A DNA stretch of 43,712 bases, taken from assembly GCA_001687465.1 (NCBI GenBank), contig LVLI01000918.1, positions 1-43,712 of the forward strand. Reading direction: 5' to 3'. The translations under genes and the position numbers were made by a program. Positions within the stretch are counted from its first letter, which is position 1. Each line of letters starts with the position of its first letter. Source of the stretch: Halocafeteria seosinensis (lineage: Eukaryota). This document shows positions 43,519-43,712 of this stretch, piece by piece. The notes under the pieces are model-generated. The model worked only from the letters and a program-made list of their open reading frames with translations, was not told the DNA's origin and searched no databases.

Positions 43519-43712
43519 CCGGTCGTTCGGTACTTCAGAAAGACCTGGGTAGCTGCACCTTCTTCGATCTCGAGCAGGAGATGTACTTTAATCTGGGCTA
43601 TGATGACGAAAATGAGGTGGACGGAATCTCTGGGGAGCCCCCTCCCGCGTCAGGTGGAGGCTTGTCATTGGTCACAACTGTTGCGTCGGGAGCAACACTT
43701 CATCCTGCCTGC
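43519..43712 (+). mobile_element. Second, 5'-truncated copy of the chromodomain element; runs off the window edge
   Basis: Aligns by eye with ~38971-39152 (..KDLGSCTFFDLEQEMYFNLGYDDENEVDGISGEPPPASGGGLSLVTTVASG). It keeps about 10 nt that are deleted in the first copy. Confidence 0.85.

Noticed and set aside
1..43712. CRISPR arrays, tRNA or rRNA genes, prokaryotic operons
   Set aside because: No regularly spaced repeats or RNA-gene signatures were seen; the DNA is intron-containing eukaryotic sequence.

Overview
Compact eukaryotic nuclear DNA, roughly half GC, with short GT-AG introns (mostly ~50-110 nt). Gene content suggests a stramenopile-like (SAR) protist; this is an inference. A gene-dense core (~3.0-38.4 kb) carries about 15 genes: an FHA-F-box-LRR protein, HIBCH, cyclophilin, RRN3, DRG GTPase, a WW-fused NELF-C/D (TH1) homolog, ACADSB, an IF1-like ATPase inhibitor, a GARP/PSR1-like MYB factor, an SPX-only protein, p31comet, a C2/EF-hand protein, APC11, a DEP-domain membrane protein and DPH2. 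Both ends hold mobile-element relics: CRE-like non-LTR retrotransposon pieces on the left; an RNase H + chromodomain relic, a bacterial-type GNAT and a hairpin repeat on the right. Main points of interest: (1) a divergently transcribed PSR1-like/SPX pair sharing a 3.6 kb spacer with four YGAATCTT boxes, a candidate self-contained phosphate-sensing switch; (2) a WW-NELF-C/D fusion; (3) a DPH2 that has lost all its Fe-S cysteines; (4) an FHA-F-box-LRR architecture; (5) a twin-priming-like inverted retrotransposon junction. All calls come from manual translation and motif recognition; no database searches were run.
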